Positions 27,966 to 37,943 of a DNA stretch of 64,000 nt are shown piece after piece. The stretch is from Candidatus Latescibacterota bacterium (GTDB lineage: Bacteria; Latescibacterota; UBA2968; SICM01), in NCBI GenBank assembly GCA_965217865.1, contig CBDCJO010000002.1, positions 3,872,001 through 3,936,000 of the forward strand, read 5' to 3'. The notes below the pieces were generated by a model. It had not been told where the DNA came from, made no database searches, and saw only the letters and a program-made list of their open reading frames with translations. A program made the translations under genes and the position numbers. The stretch's first letter is position 1; each line of letters begins with the position of its first letter.

Positions 27966-28755
27966 GTGGATTTTGGCCTGTTGTTCGGAATGATGCTGGG
28001 ATTGGCCTCCGTTTTCGGGTCCTTCCTCCTGGAGGGAGGGCATATGCACATGCTGTTCATGACCGCGCCGATGATCGTTGTGTTCGGCGGGACGCTGGCC
28101 ACATCGATGATCGGAAACCCGACGTCTCGGTTCCTGGCCATTCCCACCTACTACAAGGTGGCGATGATGGACCCCGAGTTTTCCGCACTCAAGCTGATCG
28201 GGGACATGATCCATCTCGCAGAGTTGGCGCGCCGGGAAGGGATCCTGACCCTTGAGGCCCACCTGGCCAACATGAAGAGCCCATTTGTTCAACGGGGTTT
28301 GAAACTCGCGATCGACGGCGTGGAACCGGAGACGGTTCAAAAGGTGATGGAAGGTGAGCTGGATGCCATGTCGGAGCGTCACGCCGCCGGAGCAAAGATG
28401 TTTTCCCAGACGGGGGGGATATGCGCCCACATTGGGAATCATCGGGACGGTGATGGGTTTGATCCATACGCTGGCGGGAGCTGGCGGTGACCCAACCGCG
28501 CTGATTCACGCCATCGGGGCCGCGTTCATCGCCACGCTATGGGGAGTATTCTCGGCAAACATCATGTTCCTCCCTGTTGGCGATAAATTGAAGAACAGGC
28601 ACGCAGAAGAGGAACATTACCTGAATATTGCCATGGTGGCGGTCTTCGAGATTCAATCGGGTACGAACCCCAGCATGCTCCAGACCCAGTTGCTCTCCCT
28701 GCTCCCGCCGGAAGAGCGCAAGGAGGATGGCATTGGGGAGGCCCAGGCGGCCTGA
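27966..28755 (+). pseudogene. motA: Flagellar-type stator MotA, +1 frameshift in a G7 run (28412-28418)
   Basis: ARREGILTLE and GLKLAIDG, then GGYAPTLGIIGTVMGLI..AFIATLWG in the next frame; removing one G restores a single ORF. Confidence 0.88.
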
Positions 28756-28788
28756 TCCGTCGGTGAAGGAATATGAGGCAATAAGACT

Positions 28789-29554
28789 ATGGCGAAGAAA
28801 CACGCAGAGGAACACGATGGCGGGGCGGAACGATACCTCATCACGTACGCTGACCTGATCACGCTCCTGCTGGGTCTCTTCATCGTGCTCTATTCCATGT
28901 CCGAGCAAAGCATGTCGAAGTTCAGGTCCTACTCCGCGGCCTTCAACCTGGTGTTCGGGCAAGGAGGCGGAAGCGGTGTGCCCATTGGTCTGGACGCCAT
29001 GCTGGTCGGCCAGCACCCCAAACCCGGGTTTCGACAAGGTCGTACGGGTGGAAAGGGGGAAGGAGACGGGGAAGGGGGCGGGAAGGAGCAGATGGCAGAA
29101 CTGAAAGGGATTCAGGGGGAAAAGGGGGAGGAAAAATTTCAAATCAGAGAGAGCAGAGAGGGGATCGTGATCAGCCTTCCGGAGAGGCTCACTTTCAGTT
29201 CCGGCTATGCCGACCTCCAACCCGGGGCCCGGGCCGTGCTCGACAGCCTATCGGTGATCTTCGAAAAGTACGACAACGCACTCCGCATTGAGGGTCACAC
29301 CGACAACATCCCGATGAGAGGGGACGTATCCCCATAACATGGCCCTCTCCAATGCACGCGCGTCGAATGCATACACCTATCTCGTGGAAGAACTTGGACT
29401 CGATCCTCAAAGAATCTCAACCTCGGGTTATGGGGAATACCGGCCTTTTGCCCCCAACGATTCTCCTGAAAATCGAGCAAAGAACCGTCGGATCGACATC
29501 ATTGTCGTGAAAAAGGAAACGTCGGCCACGAATGGCGAAGAACCCGAATTTTAG
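28789..29554 (+). pseudogene. motB: Flagellar-type stator MotB (OmpA-like domain), +1 frameshift in a G4 run (29320-29323)
   Basis: TYADLITLL (conserved Asp), IEGHTDN, then N.ALSNARA..GYGEYRP..RAKNRRI in the next frame. Confidence 0.88.
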
Positions 29555-29606
29555 GGCGGGCCCCGACAAATATGTGAGAACTCCCTTTCTATAAGGACCC
29601 GCCCAG

Positions 29607-29816
29607 ATGGAGAATTTCCTATATTATGTGGGGTATCTTTTCTCCATTCTGATGGTGGCGGTTGGCATCCTGGTTATCTCCGGGTTTATGATGCCGCAAT
29701 TTGTCGGTGGAGATCGCATCCGGGTGTTGTTTGGGGTGGTTGTACTCCTGTATGGGGTTCTCCGATTCGTACAGACACGCGTGAAGGCCAAACAGAGATT
29801 GGAAGGCCGCGATTAA
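29607..29816 (+). CDS. Small two-TM membrane protein
   Basis: 69 aa; FGVVVLLYGVLRF segment; precedes the PstS-like gene. Confidence 0.7.
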   Translation: MENFLYYVGYLFSILMVAVGILVISGFMMPQFVGGDRIRVLFGVVVLLYGVLRFVQTRVKAKQRLEGRD

Positions 29817-29946
29817 ACCCCGCATTTGCGGATTGCAAATTCCAGGTTCGAAAGATATATTTGTATGTTGTCCCTCTCAAAGGGTGAACCCCGCTTGATG
29901 GTTTTCGTCGAATCAAGCCGAACGAAACGCCCTGCTGGTTTGCGAC

Positions 29947-30933
29947 GTGGGTAGTTTCGCATCCGTTGTGTCCGGAGACTTGAGGCCATCCCCTTCCAAT
30001 CATCCCAGAAATCGATCTCCGGTACGCTCCTTGTCAACCTTCTGTTTCTCCTTCCCACCCCGTTTGATCGGATTCCTCCTTTTCTCGTTTCTTGCAGCCA
30101 CGCTGGGTTGTGCCCCATCGGGTGAGACAGCACTGCGGGGCCATCTAAAGTTGGCGTGTGCCGACAGCGCACTTCCTCTGATGGAAAGGGAAGCGCGTGT
30201 GTTTATGGGCTTGTATCCTGGTTCCAGAATCGATATCGTTTCGACCGATTCGCGGGGGGCTCTGGTCCAGCTTTTCAGCGGAGAAGTCGGGGCTGCGGTC
30301 ATAGCTCGCGACCTGGAAGAGGACGAGAGGCAGGCCGCTCGGGATGCAAACGTCGAAATAAAGGCTTTCCGAATCGCCATCGATGGTATTGGGTTCATCG
30401 TCAACCCGAACAACCGGGTTGATCGATTGACGATGGATCAGGTAAGGGGGTTGTTTGACGGGAAGTTCCGATCGTGGAAGGAGGTCGGGGGGGAAGATCT
30501 TCCTGTTGTCCCCATCCTCCGGGACCGTAACTCGGGCACATACGAAGTGGTCCGATCCGGTGTGTTGAAAGGGGCGAATTTTGCCCCGGGGTTTATTTGT
30601 CGGACCTCCCAAGAAGTGGTGGATCGGGTGGCGTCCGAGTCCGGGGGGATCGGGTGTACGGGTCTGGCGTGGCTCGACGGGGAACGCGTGAAAGCCGTCC
30701 AGATCGCAGGGAAACCCAGCGAGGCGTTCGCCCGGGCTGACGCCCCACACGTGTATCAGAACCGATATCCGGTTCGACGGCCATTTTTTATCTGCGCGGT
30801 TAACTATCGGCTGGAGCAGGCCCTCCGGGTCGGTTTTATCTCCTTTTTGACGAGCCAAAAGGGTCAGACGGTCGTTGAGAGAGCCGGGTTGGTGCCGGAC
30901 ACGGTTCCTGAGCGTATCATACAGCTGAATTGA
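29947..30933 (+). CDS. PstS-like periplasmic substrate-binding lipoprotein
   Basis: Lipobox-like LGC; IAIDGIGFIVNP, WKEVGG, RDRNSGT, YPVRR. Start uncertain. Confidence 0.85.
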   Translation: MGSFASVVSGDLRPSPSNHPRNRSPVRSLSTFCFSFPPRLIGFLLFSFLAATLGCAPSGETALRGHLKLACADSALPLMEREARVFMGLYPGSRIDIVSTDSRGALVQLFSGEVGAAVIARDLEEDERQAARDANVEIKAFRIAIDGIGFIVNPNNRVDRLTMDQVRGLFDGKFRSWKEVGGEDLPVVPILRDRNSGTYEVVRSGVLKGANFAPGFICRTSQEVVDRVASESGGIGCTGLAWLDGERVKAVQIAGKPSEAFARADAPHVYQNRYPVRRPFFICAVNYRLEQALRVGFISFLTSQKGQTVVERAGLVPDTVPERIIQLN

Positions 30934-30963
30934 CCAGGAAATCAGGTTAGGAGCCGAAGGCCA

Positions 30964-32913
30964 ATGGGCGAGGTGACTGGCAAAGAATCACGCCTTCAGG
31001 GGGCTGCCATATCCTTATTTGTCGTGATCCTCTTCCTCTCCCCGTCCCTCGGGGCTGGCGGGTGGCTTGATGATGCCGATAGGTCGATTGCAGAACGGGA
31101 TTTTGAAACCGCGATCACCCTCCTCCAGGGGGGCATCGAGCAGGAACCCAAATCGGCGGAAGCCTACTATCTGCTTGGGATGGCCCTAAAAGGGTCCGGA
31201 CGAACCGATGAGGCCTCCTCTGCTTTTCAGAGGGCCTTGAAGATTCGGAAGAAACTCGTGAAGCCGCGCTATGAACTCGGGATGCTTCAGCTTGAAAACG
31301 GTCAGCACGGGGAAGCCGAGGCCACCTTTCAGAAGGGGATTAAAAAAAAATACGAACCGTCCGGACCGTTGAACTATGGCATAGGGATGGTCAAGATGGC
31401 CCAGGATTCCCTGAGGGCGGCCACTGTCTATTTTACCAGGGCGGCCCATGACGACCCTTATAATCCCGCCTACTTTAAGGCCATGGGCGATATCTACGCC
31501 AGACAGAAGGTTACCGAACTGGCCGTGAATGAATACAACAGCGCCCTTCAACTCGATCCGAACGCTCCCGATATTCACCACGCAATCGGGAAACTCTATT
31601 TCAAGGATCGGAATTGGGCCGAGGTCCTCAAGGCTTGGAGGGCCGCCCTCTCAGCGGATTCGACCTTCGTGCCGGTTTATGCGGATCTGATCGACCTCTA
31701 CCTGATTATGAAACCCCCCCGCTACGGGGATGCCGTCCCCCTGCTGGAAAAGGCGGTCGAATTCCATCCGGAGGAAACAAAGTATAAGGTGGAACTTGCC
31801 AGGGGCATGGCGAAGACCAAGGCCTATCGGAAGGCGGCGCTCCCCTTCCTCGAGAAGGCGAACTTTCTTGTACCAGATGATGTCGAGATCCTGGTCCTGA
31901 TCGGGGATCTTTCACTCGCGGAAAAAGACTTCGACCGGGCGGTCCAGTCCTACAGGAAGGCCACCCAGCTCGACCCGAACTATGTGGGGGCGCTTAAAGG
32001 CCTTGCCGAAGCCCAGAAGGCTTCGGGGGATACGACCGCGGCCATCTCAACCCTCCAGGAGGTCGCGGGTAAAGACACTTCGAGTGAAGGCGGGGGGGTG
32101 GAAGGGGCCTTAGGCCTGTTGCTCTACAAACAGGCACGGTATGTCGAAGCCATTCCGAACCTCAAGGAGAAGTTGCAGGCCTCTCCCGAGATCCCGTTCC
32201 TTTACAGCCTGCTGGGGAAATGTTACATCAAGATGAAGGATTACGGGGCGATTGTCACGAAGGTGATTCCGGCTCTGGACAGGGCGGTCGTGACCTACCC
32301 GGACGAAAAGAGACTGAGCGGGGTTTACAGCGAACTCGGCATTGAGCTTTTCAATGCCAAGCAGTACAATGAGGCCATCAAACTTTTCGAGAAGCGACTG
32401 ATCCACGACCCCGACAACTGGAGCGTCCATCTGAACATAGGTTATGCCAATTTTCAGAAGAAGGCCTACCCCCATGCCGTCAGGTGCTTCAAGAGGGTTG
32501 TGACGCTCAAGCCGAACCACGCGCAGGCTTACTTTCTCCTGGGGGCCTGCTACCGGTACCTTGAGAATATCGGGCGGGCAAAGTCCGCTTTCTTAAAAGC
32601 GGTGAAACTCGACCCCAAAAACGTGGAAGCTCAGAAACAGGTCGGTCTCTCTTACCTGCTCGAGTCACAGGATCTGAGACAGGAGGAGATGCATAAGGAA
32701 TCCCAGAAACTGGCTTCCCGGGCATCGAGCTTTTTCCGGAAGGCCGTGTCTTTAAAATCCAGAGACGTACAGGCCCGGGTCTGGCTGGCGCAGGCCTATG
32801 CCATGTCCAAACAGATCGACAAGGCGAAAGAGACGTTCAGAAAGGTCTTGAACATGGATCCTGAAAACGAAGATGCCCAATCCGGACTGGATCGGCTGGA
32901 AGGGGGGTACTGA
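30964..32913 (+). CDS. Large exported TPR protein
   Basis: Signal peptide followed by many TPRs. Confidence 0.9.
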   Translation: MGEVTGKESRLQGAAISLFVVILFLSPSLGAGGWLDDADRSIAERDFETAITLLQGGIEQEPKSAEAYYLLGMALKGSGRTDEASSAFQRALKIRKKLVKPRYELGMLQLENGQHGEAEATFQKGIKKKYEPSGPLNYGIGMVKMAQDSLRAATVYFTRAAHDDPYNPAYFKAMGDIYARQKVTELAVNEYNSALQLDPNAPDIHHAIGKLYFKDRNWAEVLKAWRAALSADSTFVPVYADLIDLYLIMKPPRYGDAVPLLEKAVEFHPEETKYKVELARGMAKTKAYRKAALPFLEKANFLVPDDVEILVLIGDLSLAEKDFDRAVQSYRKATQLDPNYVGALKGLAEAQKASGDTTAAISTLQEVAGKDTSSEGGGVEGALGLLLYKQARYVEAIPNLKEKLQASPEIPFLYSLLGKCYIKMKDYGAIVTKVIPALDRAVVTYPDEKRLSGVYSELGIELFNAKQYNEAIKLFEKRLIHDPDNWSVHLNIGYANFQKKAYPHAVRCFKRVVTLKPNHAQAYFLLGACYRYLENIGRAKSAFLKAVKLDPKNVEAQKQVGLSYLLESQDLRQEEMHKESQKLASRASSFFRKAVSLKSRDVQARVWLAQAYAMSKQIDKAKETFRKVLNMDPENEDAQSGLDRLEGGY

Positions 32914-33030
32914 AATGGGGTTGTGAGGCCGTCGTCCAGGATGAGGCCGGAATTTGATTATCATATAATTTATTCTCAGGTGTAATATCCACCACGTATA
33001 GGTTCTAACACAGAGTCGAGGAGGAGGCGC

Positions 33031-33753
33031 ATGCGTCAGTCGATCTTTACAACGATTTTGATACTCGGTGCGGTTGCAATCTCGACCATCATTTTCTATT
33101 ACTTTCTGCCGAAGTTCGTCCGCGACGGTGGGCCGACGGTGATTGCGTTGATGACGATCAGCGTTATGCTGATCACCTTCATCATCGAACGTCTGTTGAC
33201 ATTGAATAAGGCGAAGGGCAGGGGATCGATGATACAGTTTGCCGTGAATGTCGTTGAACGGGTTCGGCAAAAGGACATCGAGGGCGCCCTGTCTCTGTGC
33301 GACGATCAGCGGGGTTCGCTGGCCAACATCCTGCGGGCGGGGCTTGAACGATTCCGCAGTGTGGAACGGGGACCTGACATGAGTGAAGAACGGAGGATCG
33401 CTGAGATTCAACACGCCTTCGACACCGCGAGCGCCCTGGAGATCCCACTCCTCGAGCGCAACCTGATCGCTATGTCCACCATCGCATCGATTGCCACGAT
33501 GCTGGGCCTGCTCGGAACCACCGTCGGGATGATCCGAGCGTTCCAAGCGATGGCCCGCCAAGGCGCTCCTGATGCGATCCAGCTCGCCCTGGGTATCTCC
33601 GAGGCGCTTATCAACACCGCGGGCGGGCTTTTTGGGGGGATTATCGGGATCGTGGCCTACAACTTCTTCACGAACAAGGTGGACGGTTTCAGCTACGAGA
33701 TCGATGAAACAACCCACAACGTCGTCCAGCTCCTGACCGGGCGTTCCCAATAG
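33031..33753 (+). CDS. exbB: ExbB/TolQ proton channel
   Basis: ATMLGLLGTTVGMI..F, GISEALINTA. Confidence 0.92.
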   Translation: MRQSIFTTILILGAVAISTIIFYYFLPKFVRDGGPTVIALMTISVMLITFIIERLLTLNKAKGRGSMIQFAVNVVERVRQKDIEGALSLCDDQRGSLANILRAGLERFRSVERGPDMSEERRIAEIQHAFDTASALEIPLLERNLIAMSTIASIATMLGLLGTTVGMIRAFQAMARQGAPDAIQLALGISEALINTAGGLFGGIIGIVAYNFFTNKVDGFSYEIDETTHNVVQLLTGRSQ

Positions 33754-33775
33754 TTTAAGAGGAGGTAGAGCGGAT

Positions 33776-34198
33776 ATGGCCGTGCCCAAGATGCGACGGG
33801 TCGGGATCCGGATCGATATGACGCCGATGGTGGACATCGCATTCCTTCTCTTGATCTTCTTCATGAGCACCACACAGTTTAAGCCCCCGGAGGAGTCAGA
33901 GCTTGAGCTTCCTTCTTCTCACTCGGAGATCAAGCTTCCGGAGTCCAACGTGATGATCCTGGCTGTGGACAGAAAAAGCCAGATCTTCTATAAAATCGGA
34001 GGCGCGGGGGTTGAGAAGTCGACCTCCTTAGAGGATCTTGAACGGGCGGTTGTCGATGCCCGAATCAGGAACCCCAGGCTCCGGCTGGCGATCAAGGGGG
34101 ACAAAGACTCGGATTTCGGCGTTATCGACGACCTGATGGAGATCCTCCAGAGGACGGGAAACACGCGTTTCAACATGGTGACCCTGCTTGAGGATTGA
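33776..34198 (+). CDS. exbD: Biopolymer transporter ExbD (copy 1)
   Basis: IDMTPMVDIAFLLLIFFM, IKGD. Confidence 0.92.
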   Translation: MAVPKMRRVGIRIDMTPMVDIAFLLLIFFMSTTQFKPPEESELELPSSHSEIKLPESNVMILAVDRKSQIFYKIGGAGVEKSTSLEDLERAVVDARIRNPRLRLAIKGDKDSDFGVIDDLMEILQRTGNTRFNMVTLLED

Positions 34199-34240
34199 CG
34201 AAGAATCGAACCCTCTTTAATGTTTAGGAGGTGATGCGCG

Positions 34241-34729
34241 ATGGCCGGGGTGGCCGAAGGTGCAGAAACTCACGCAAAAGGAAAAGGGGCCAGGAGGGGC
34301 AGCAAGCGAATCTCCATCCGGCTTGATATGACGCCGATGGTGGACATCGCATTCCTTCTGCTCATCTTCTTCATGGTCACAACTGTGTTTCTGGCTCCGC
34401 AGACCATGGAGATCAACCTGCCCCCTTCCGAACAGAAGGTGGATGTGGCCGAGTCCAATCTGATGACGCTTTATGTTACCGAAGATAACCTGGTCTACTG
34501 GTCCATCGGGCGGGACACCCCCGAAAGGGTGGAGATGGAGGAAATCCAGTCCATGCTGTTGGAACAGAATACGGAAAATCCCAATTTAATTACCCTGGTC
34601 AAGCTCGACCGACAGGCCCGCTACCATATGATGGTGGACATGCTGGATGAACTTAACATCGGGAACATCACCCGATTCAGCGTGGCGACTCTGACTGATC
34701 GGGACAAGGAGGTGTTATCCAACGTATGA
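34241..34729 (+). CDS. exbD: Biopolymer transporter ExbD (copy 2)
   Basis: LDMTPMVDIAFLLLIFFM, YHMMVDMLDEL. Confidence 0.92.
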   Translation: MAGVAEGAETHAKGKGARRGSKRISIRLDMTPMVDIAFLLLIFFMVTTVFLAPQTMEINLPPSEQKVDVAESNLMTLYVTEDNLVYWSIGRDTPERVEMEEIQSMLLEQNTENPNLITLVKLDRQARYHMMVDMLDELNIGNITRFSVATLTDRDKEVLSNV

Positions 34730-35484
34730 GCGTGACAGCGACGATGCTCAACGTCTTCGATTACGGGGCGGCCGAACTGAAGCGGATGTATCAAAGGAAC
34801 GCCCGGAAGGCCTTTACCTATTCCGCCATCGGGCACCTGGTTGTGGCCACGATTTACGTGGGAACCGTGTGGTATCTTGAGGATGATGCGAGGGTCCGGA
34901 AGGTGAGGATCATCAAGTACTCGGACCTGGGTCCCCCTCCTTCGATGACCGATCAGGTGGCGGCCCCCCAGATCCAGGTGTCGGCAGCAGCGGCTCGTCC
35001 CACCGTAGGTATTCCCGAGCCGGTGCCTGACGCCGAGGTCTCGACCGAGACCACGATCGCCACCCAGACCGAGATGAGCCAGATGACTTCCCTTATCGGC
35101 GGAGAGGGCGGGTTCGGAGAGGGTTCCGTCATTCAGTTGGAGGATGCCGTCGTTCTAGGGGGAGACAATATTCTTGTGGAGGAGGATGTCCTGCCTGAAT
35201 TTGGGGAATTCGTCCCCGTCGAAGAACAGCCCGTTCCTGTCGATAGGCCCAAGCCGGTGTATCCTGAGATCGCCAGGCGGGCGGGGATTTCGGGCGTGGT
35301 ATTCGTCATGATCCTTGTGGACAAGACCGGAAAGGTTCGGGACGTACAGATCACGAAAGGCCCCGAGATGTTCCACGAGTCTGCGAAGGATGCGGCTTGG
35401 AAGAGTGTCTGGAGACCGGCAATCCAGAATCAGAAACCGGTGGCCGTTTGGATCGCCTTTCCGGTTCGGTTTAAGCTCAGATAG
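34726..35484 (+). CDS. tonB: Energy transducer TonB
   Basis: YGAAELKR.Y N-terminus, TM His, YPEIARRAGISG.V..VDKTG C-terminal domain. Confidence 0.92.
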   Translation: MSVTATMLNVFDYGAAELKRMYQRNARKAFTYSAIGHLVVATIYVGTVWYLEDDARVRKVRIIKYSDLGPPPSMTDQVAAPQIQVSAAAARPTVGIPEPVPDAEVSTETTIATQTEMSQMTSLIGGEGGFGEGSVIQLEDAVVLGGDNILVEEDVLPEFGEFVPVEEQPVPVDRPKPVYPEIARRAGISGVVFVMILVDKTGKVRDVQITKGPEMFHESAKDAAWKSVWRPAIQNQKPVAVWIAFPVRFKLR

Positions 35485-35518
35485 GAACCCTGGATGATTC
35501 CCTCGGGAGGAGGCTGAT

Positions 35519-35743
35519 ATGTTTGGCGACGTCGGTTTCGCGGAAATGATCATCATATTCCTGGTGATCCTGGTCTTCTTCGGGGCGAAGCGCCTCCCCG
35601 AGCTTGCCGGTGGATTGGGCAAAAGCATCCGGGAGTTCAAGAAGGGGCTCAAGGATGTCCAGGACGAAGTGACCCAGGAGATCCATCAGTCGGTTGACGA
35701 GGATCCAAAGGGGAAGGAAAAAGAACGAGCAGAGTCCTCCTGA
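35519..35743 (+). CDS. tatA: Twin-arginine translocase TatA/E
   Basis: FGAKRLPELAGGLGKSIREFKKG. Confidence 0.95.
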   Translation: MFGDVGFAEMIIIFLVILVFFGAKRLPELAGGLGKSIREFKKGLKDVQDEVTQEIHQSVDEDPKGKEKERAESS

Positions 35744-35759
35744 TCGGATAAGGATTTCG

Positions 35760-36950
35760 ATGTCGAACGAGACTTCCCAGCAGGAAAACGTTCGCTGGGT
35801 AGCCGCAGCCGGTGCCGTCGCGCTGTTGCTGGTAGCCGGAGTCGCCTGGTATCTCCTTCGTCCGGACAAGGTCACCGATGTTCGAGATATGCGGACATTG
35901 GTGGAGCGCCTCGACGGATTGCAGAATCAGATCGACGTTCGGCAACGAAGGATCGCCGAGGCGGTCCGGGACTTCAATGCAACCCATCCAAACGATCGGA
36001 TCGAGATCGAGTCAAGCAACACGCTACAACTGAAGGACTTACAACAGCAGATCCTTCAGCGGATGGTGCACGCCGAAAGGGACGTCTCCTACCAAGGGCT
36101 CCTTGATGAGATCGGCCGGCAAGGAGGGGAAATAAGCCGGCTGAACAACGAGATTGCGGCGATGAGGTCCCGGTTGCCCGAACCAATCGAGGTGAGGGAG
36201 GGGGACACGCATTATGGCCTTTCTTTGAAGTATTTGAAAGAGAACAGGGGCCTCCCGAAGGAAGAGGCTGAAGCGATCCTGAATGAATTTGCCATGGTCG
36301 AGGATCTCGTATCCGGATTTCAAGTCTGGATGATCTATGACAAAACTTCGGATTTATTCGGAAGTTTCGTTACACAGGGTTCTGCCCCCATCAGCCCCCG
36401 CCGGGCACAGACCCGATCGAAGAGGGCATTGCTTGCAAAAATAGAGAGAGCCGAGGAGCTCGCAGGGGTCCTTTCGTCGCAGAAATTTGGCCTGGAGGAA
36501 GAGGTTGACCGAATGGAACTGGTCGCGTCGGATTTACAGGCGCACCTGAATGTCGTCCAATGGGAGCGGGACAGGGCCCAGCGTCTTGCGGAAGCCCGGG
36601 AGCGAGAACGACAGGCGATGGAACGTCGGCTGAACTCCTTTTTTTACGCGGTCGGCAAATTTGATGAGTTCAAGAAGAACGGCGTCGTGAAGGGAGGGAG
36701 AATCGTCCCGGCAAACGAGGACCTGTTCGTGAATTCCGTAGACCTCCGATCAAAGAAGATGTTGAGTTTTTCAGCGGGGGATGCGGGATTTCGCAGGATC
36801 AGGTCGGTAAAGATCATCCCATCGACTCTAAAGAGCAGAAAACATTATAAGATCAATTATTCCACCGATCGTCAGCACGCAACGATCGAAATTGTCGATA
36901 AGGACGCCTTTATCCGGGAGAGGCGGGTCTTGTTCGGCCTCAAGAATTAA
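35760..36950 (+). CDS. Membrane-anchored coiled-coil protein of unknown function
   Basis: N-terminal TM, two coiled-coil stretches, central EVREGDTHY segment, basic C-terminal domain. Confidence 0.75.
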   Translation: MSNETSQQENVRWVAAAGAVALLLVAGVAWYLLRPDKVTDVRDMRTLVERLDGLQNQIDVRQRRIAEAVRDFNATHPNDRIEIESSNTLQLKDLQQQILQRMVHAERDVSYQGLLDEIGRQGGEISRLNNEIAAMRSRLPEPIEVREGDTHYGLSLKYLKENRGLPKEEAEAILNEFAMVEDLVSGFQVWMIYDKTSDLFGSFVTQGSAPISPRRAQTRSKRALLAKIERAEELAGVLSSQKFGLEEEVDRMELVASDLQAHLNVVQWERDRAQRLAEARERERQAMERRLNSFFYAVGKFDEFKKNGVVKGGRIVPANEDLFVNSVDLRSKKMLSFSAGDAGFRRIRSVKIIPSTLKSRKHYKINYSTDRQHATIEIVDKDAFIRERRVLFGLKN

Positions 36951-36979
36951 GATCCACACATCCTGGATTCGGTAACGAT

Positions 36980-37005
36980 AGGGGCGCGGATACCGCGCCC
37001 TTTTT
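36980..37005 (+). terminator. Rho-independent terminator
   Basis: AGGGGCGCGG-ata-CCGCGCCCTTTTT. Confidence 0.8.
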
Positions 37006-37018
37006 CTCGTATCCACAG

Positions 37019-37718
37019 ATGCCCCCTCTTTCCCCCGAAATCCCCGCGATTGAGATCTTTTCGATCGGGACCGAGCTGGTCCTGGGCCGAATTCAAGACA
37101 CAAATGGGCACTGGATCGCTCAGGAGATCGCGAAGGTTGGGGGGATTCTGAGACGGGCCACCATGATCCCGGATGAGCTGAATGAGATCGTTCTTGCCCT
37201 CCAGGAAGCGGTCGATCGGGGAAGTAAGATCATCATCACCACGGGGGGCTTGGGACCCACCCCAGATGACCTGACGGTGGCAACGGTCCCTACGGGGGCA
37301 AAGGTGTTTCAAAACCCAGCGGGATGGGCCCCCTGCACGATGGTGGGCGTGGCGGGCGCAACGATCCTGAGCCTCCCGGGACCTCCCCAAGGAGATGATG
37401 GCGTTGTTCAGTCGATATGTCGAGGGTTTTATTTCCGAGACCTATGAGACGAAGATCGCCTCTCTGAGGGTTGTCGTGGATATGTTCGAATCAGAGGTGT
37501 CACCCCTGCTCCAGAAGGTTATGCAGAGGTTTCCGAACACCTACTTAAAGGCCTATGTTGCGATGCGTCACGATGCTCACGGTATGCCGGTAGACCTGGT
37601 CGCCAGAGCCGAAGACCCCGCTTCCGCGCAGGAACTGCTGGACAAAACCGTTGATCTTTTCGGCAAACTTGTGACGGAAAAGGGCAAGACCATGGAGTTC
37701 TTTGAAGGCCGTTCGTGA
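37019..37718 (+). pseudogene. CinA-like molybdopterin-binding (MocF) domain protein with internal deletion and +1 frameshift (C4, 37385-37388)
   Basis: IGTELVLGRIQDTN, TTGGLGPTPDDLT, NPAGWAP, LPGPP; continues KEMMALF.. if one C is removed. Confidence 0.8.
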
Positions 37719-37832
37719 GCCGATTTGGGACCTCAAAACCCGGGTTGCGGCTTCGATGGGTGGCCCCGGTCCGGCCGAACCTCTTCTCCTTCCTCCACCC
37801 GCTTTCCCCCCTTCATCCTTCCCGGTTTTTCA

Positions 37833-37861
37833 TTGACTATGCTAAATTCTGTTCTTATATT
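37833..37861 (+). promoter_or_regulatory. Sigma70 promoter
   Basis: TTGACT-N17-TATATT. Confidence 0.6.
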
Positions 37862-37943
37862 GAATTTGTGTGAATAGGCCTTCTCTTGGCACATGCACAA
37901 CATGCTGTTAATTATTTAGTTAGTAAAAGCAAGAGTTTTTGCG

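Noticed and set aside
27966-29554. MotA/MotB as Zorya ZorA/ZorB
   Set aside because: MotA is short and flagellar-type with no long cytoplasmic tail; no zorC/D/E neighbours.
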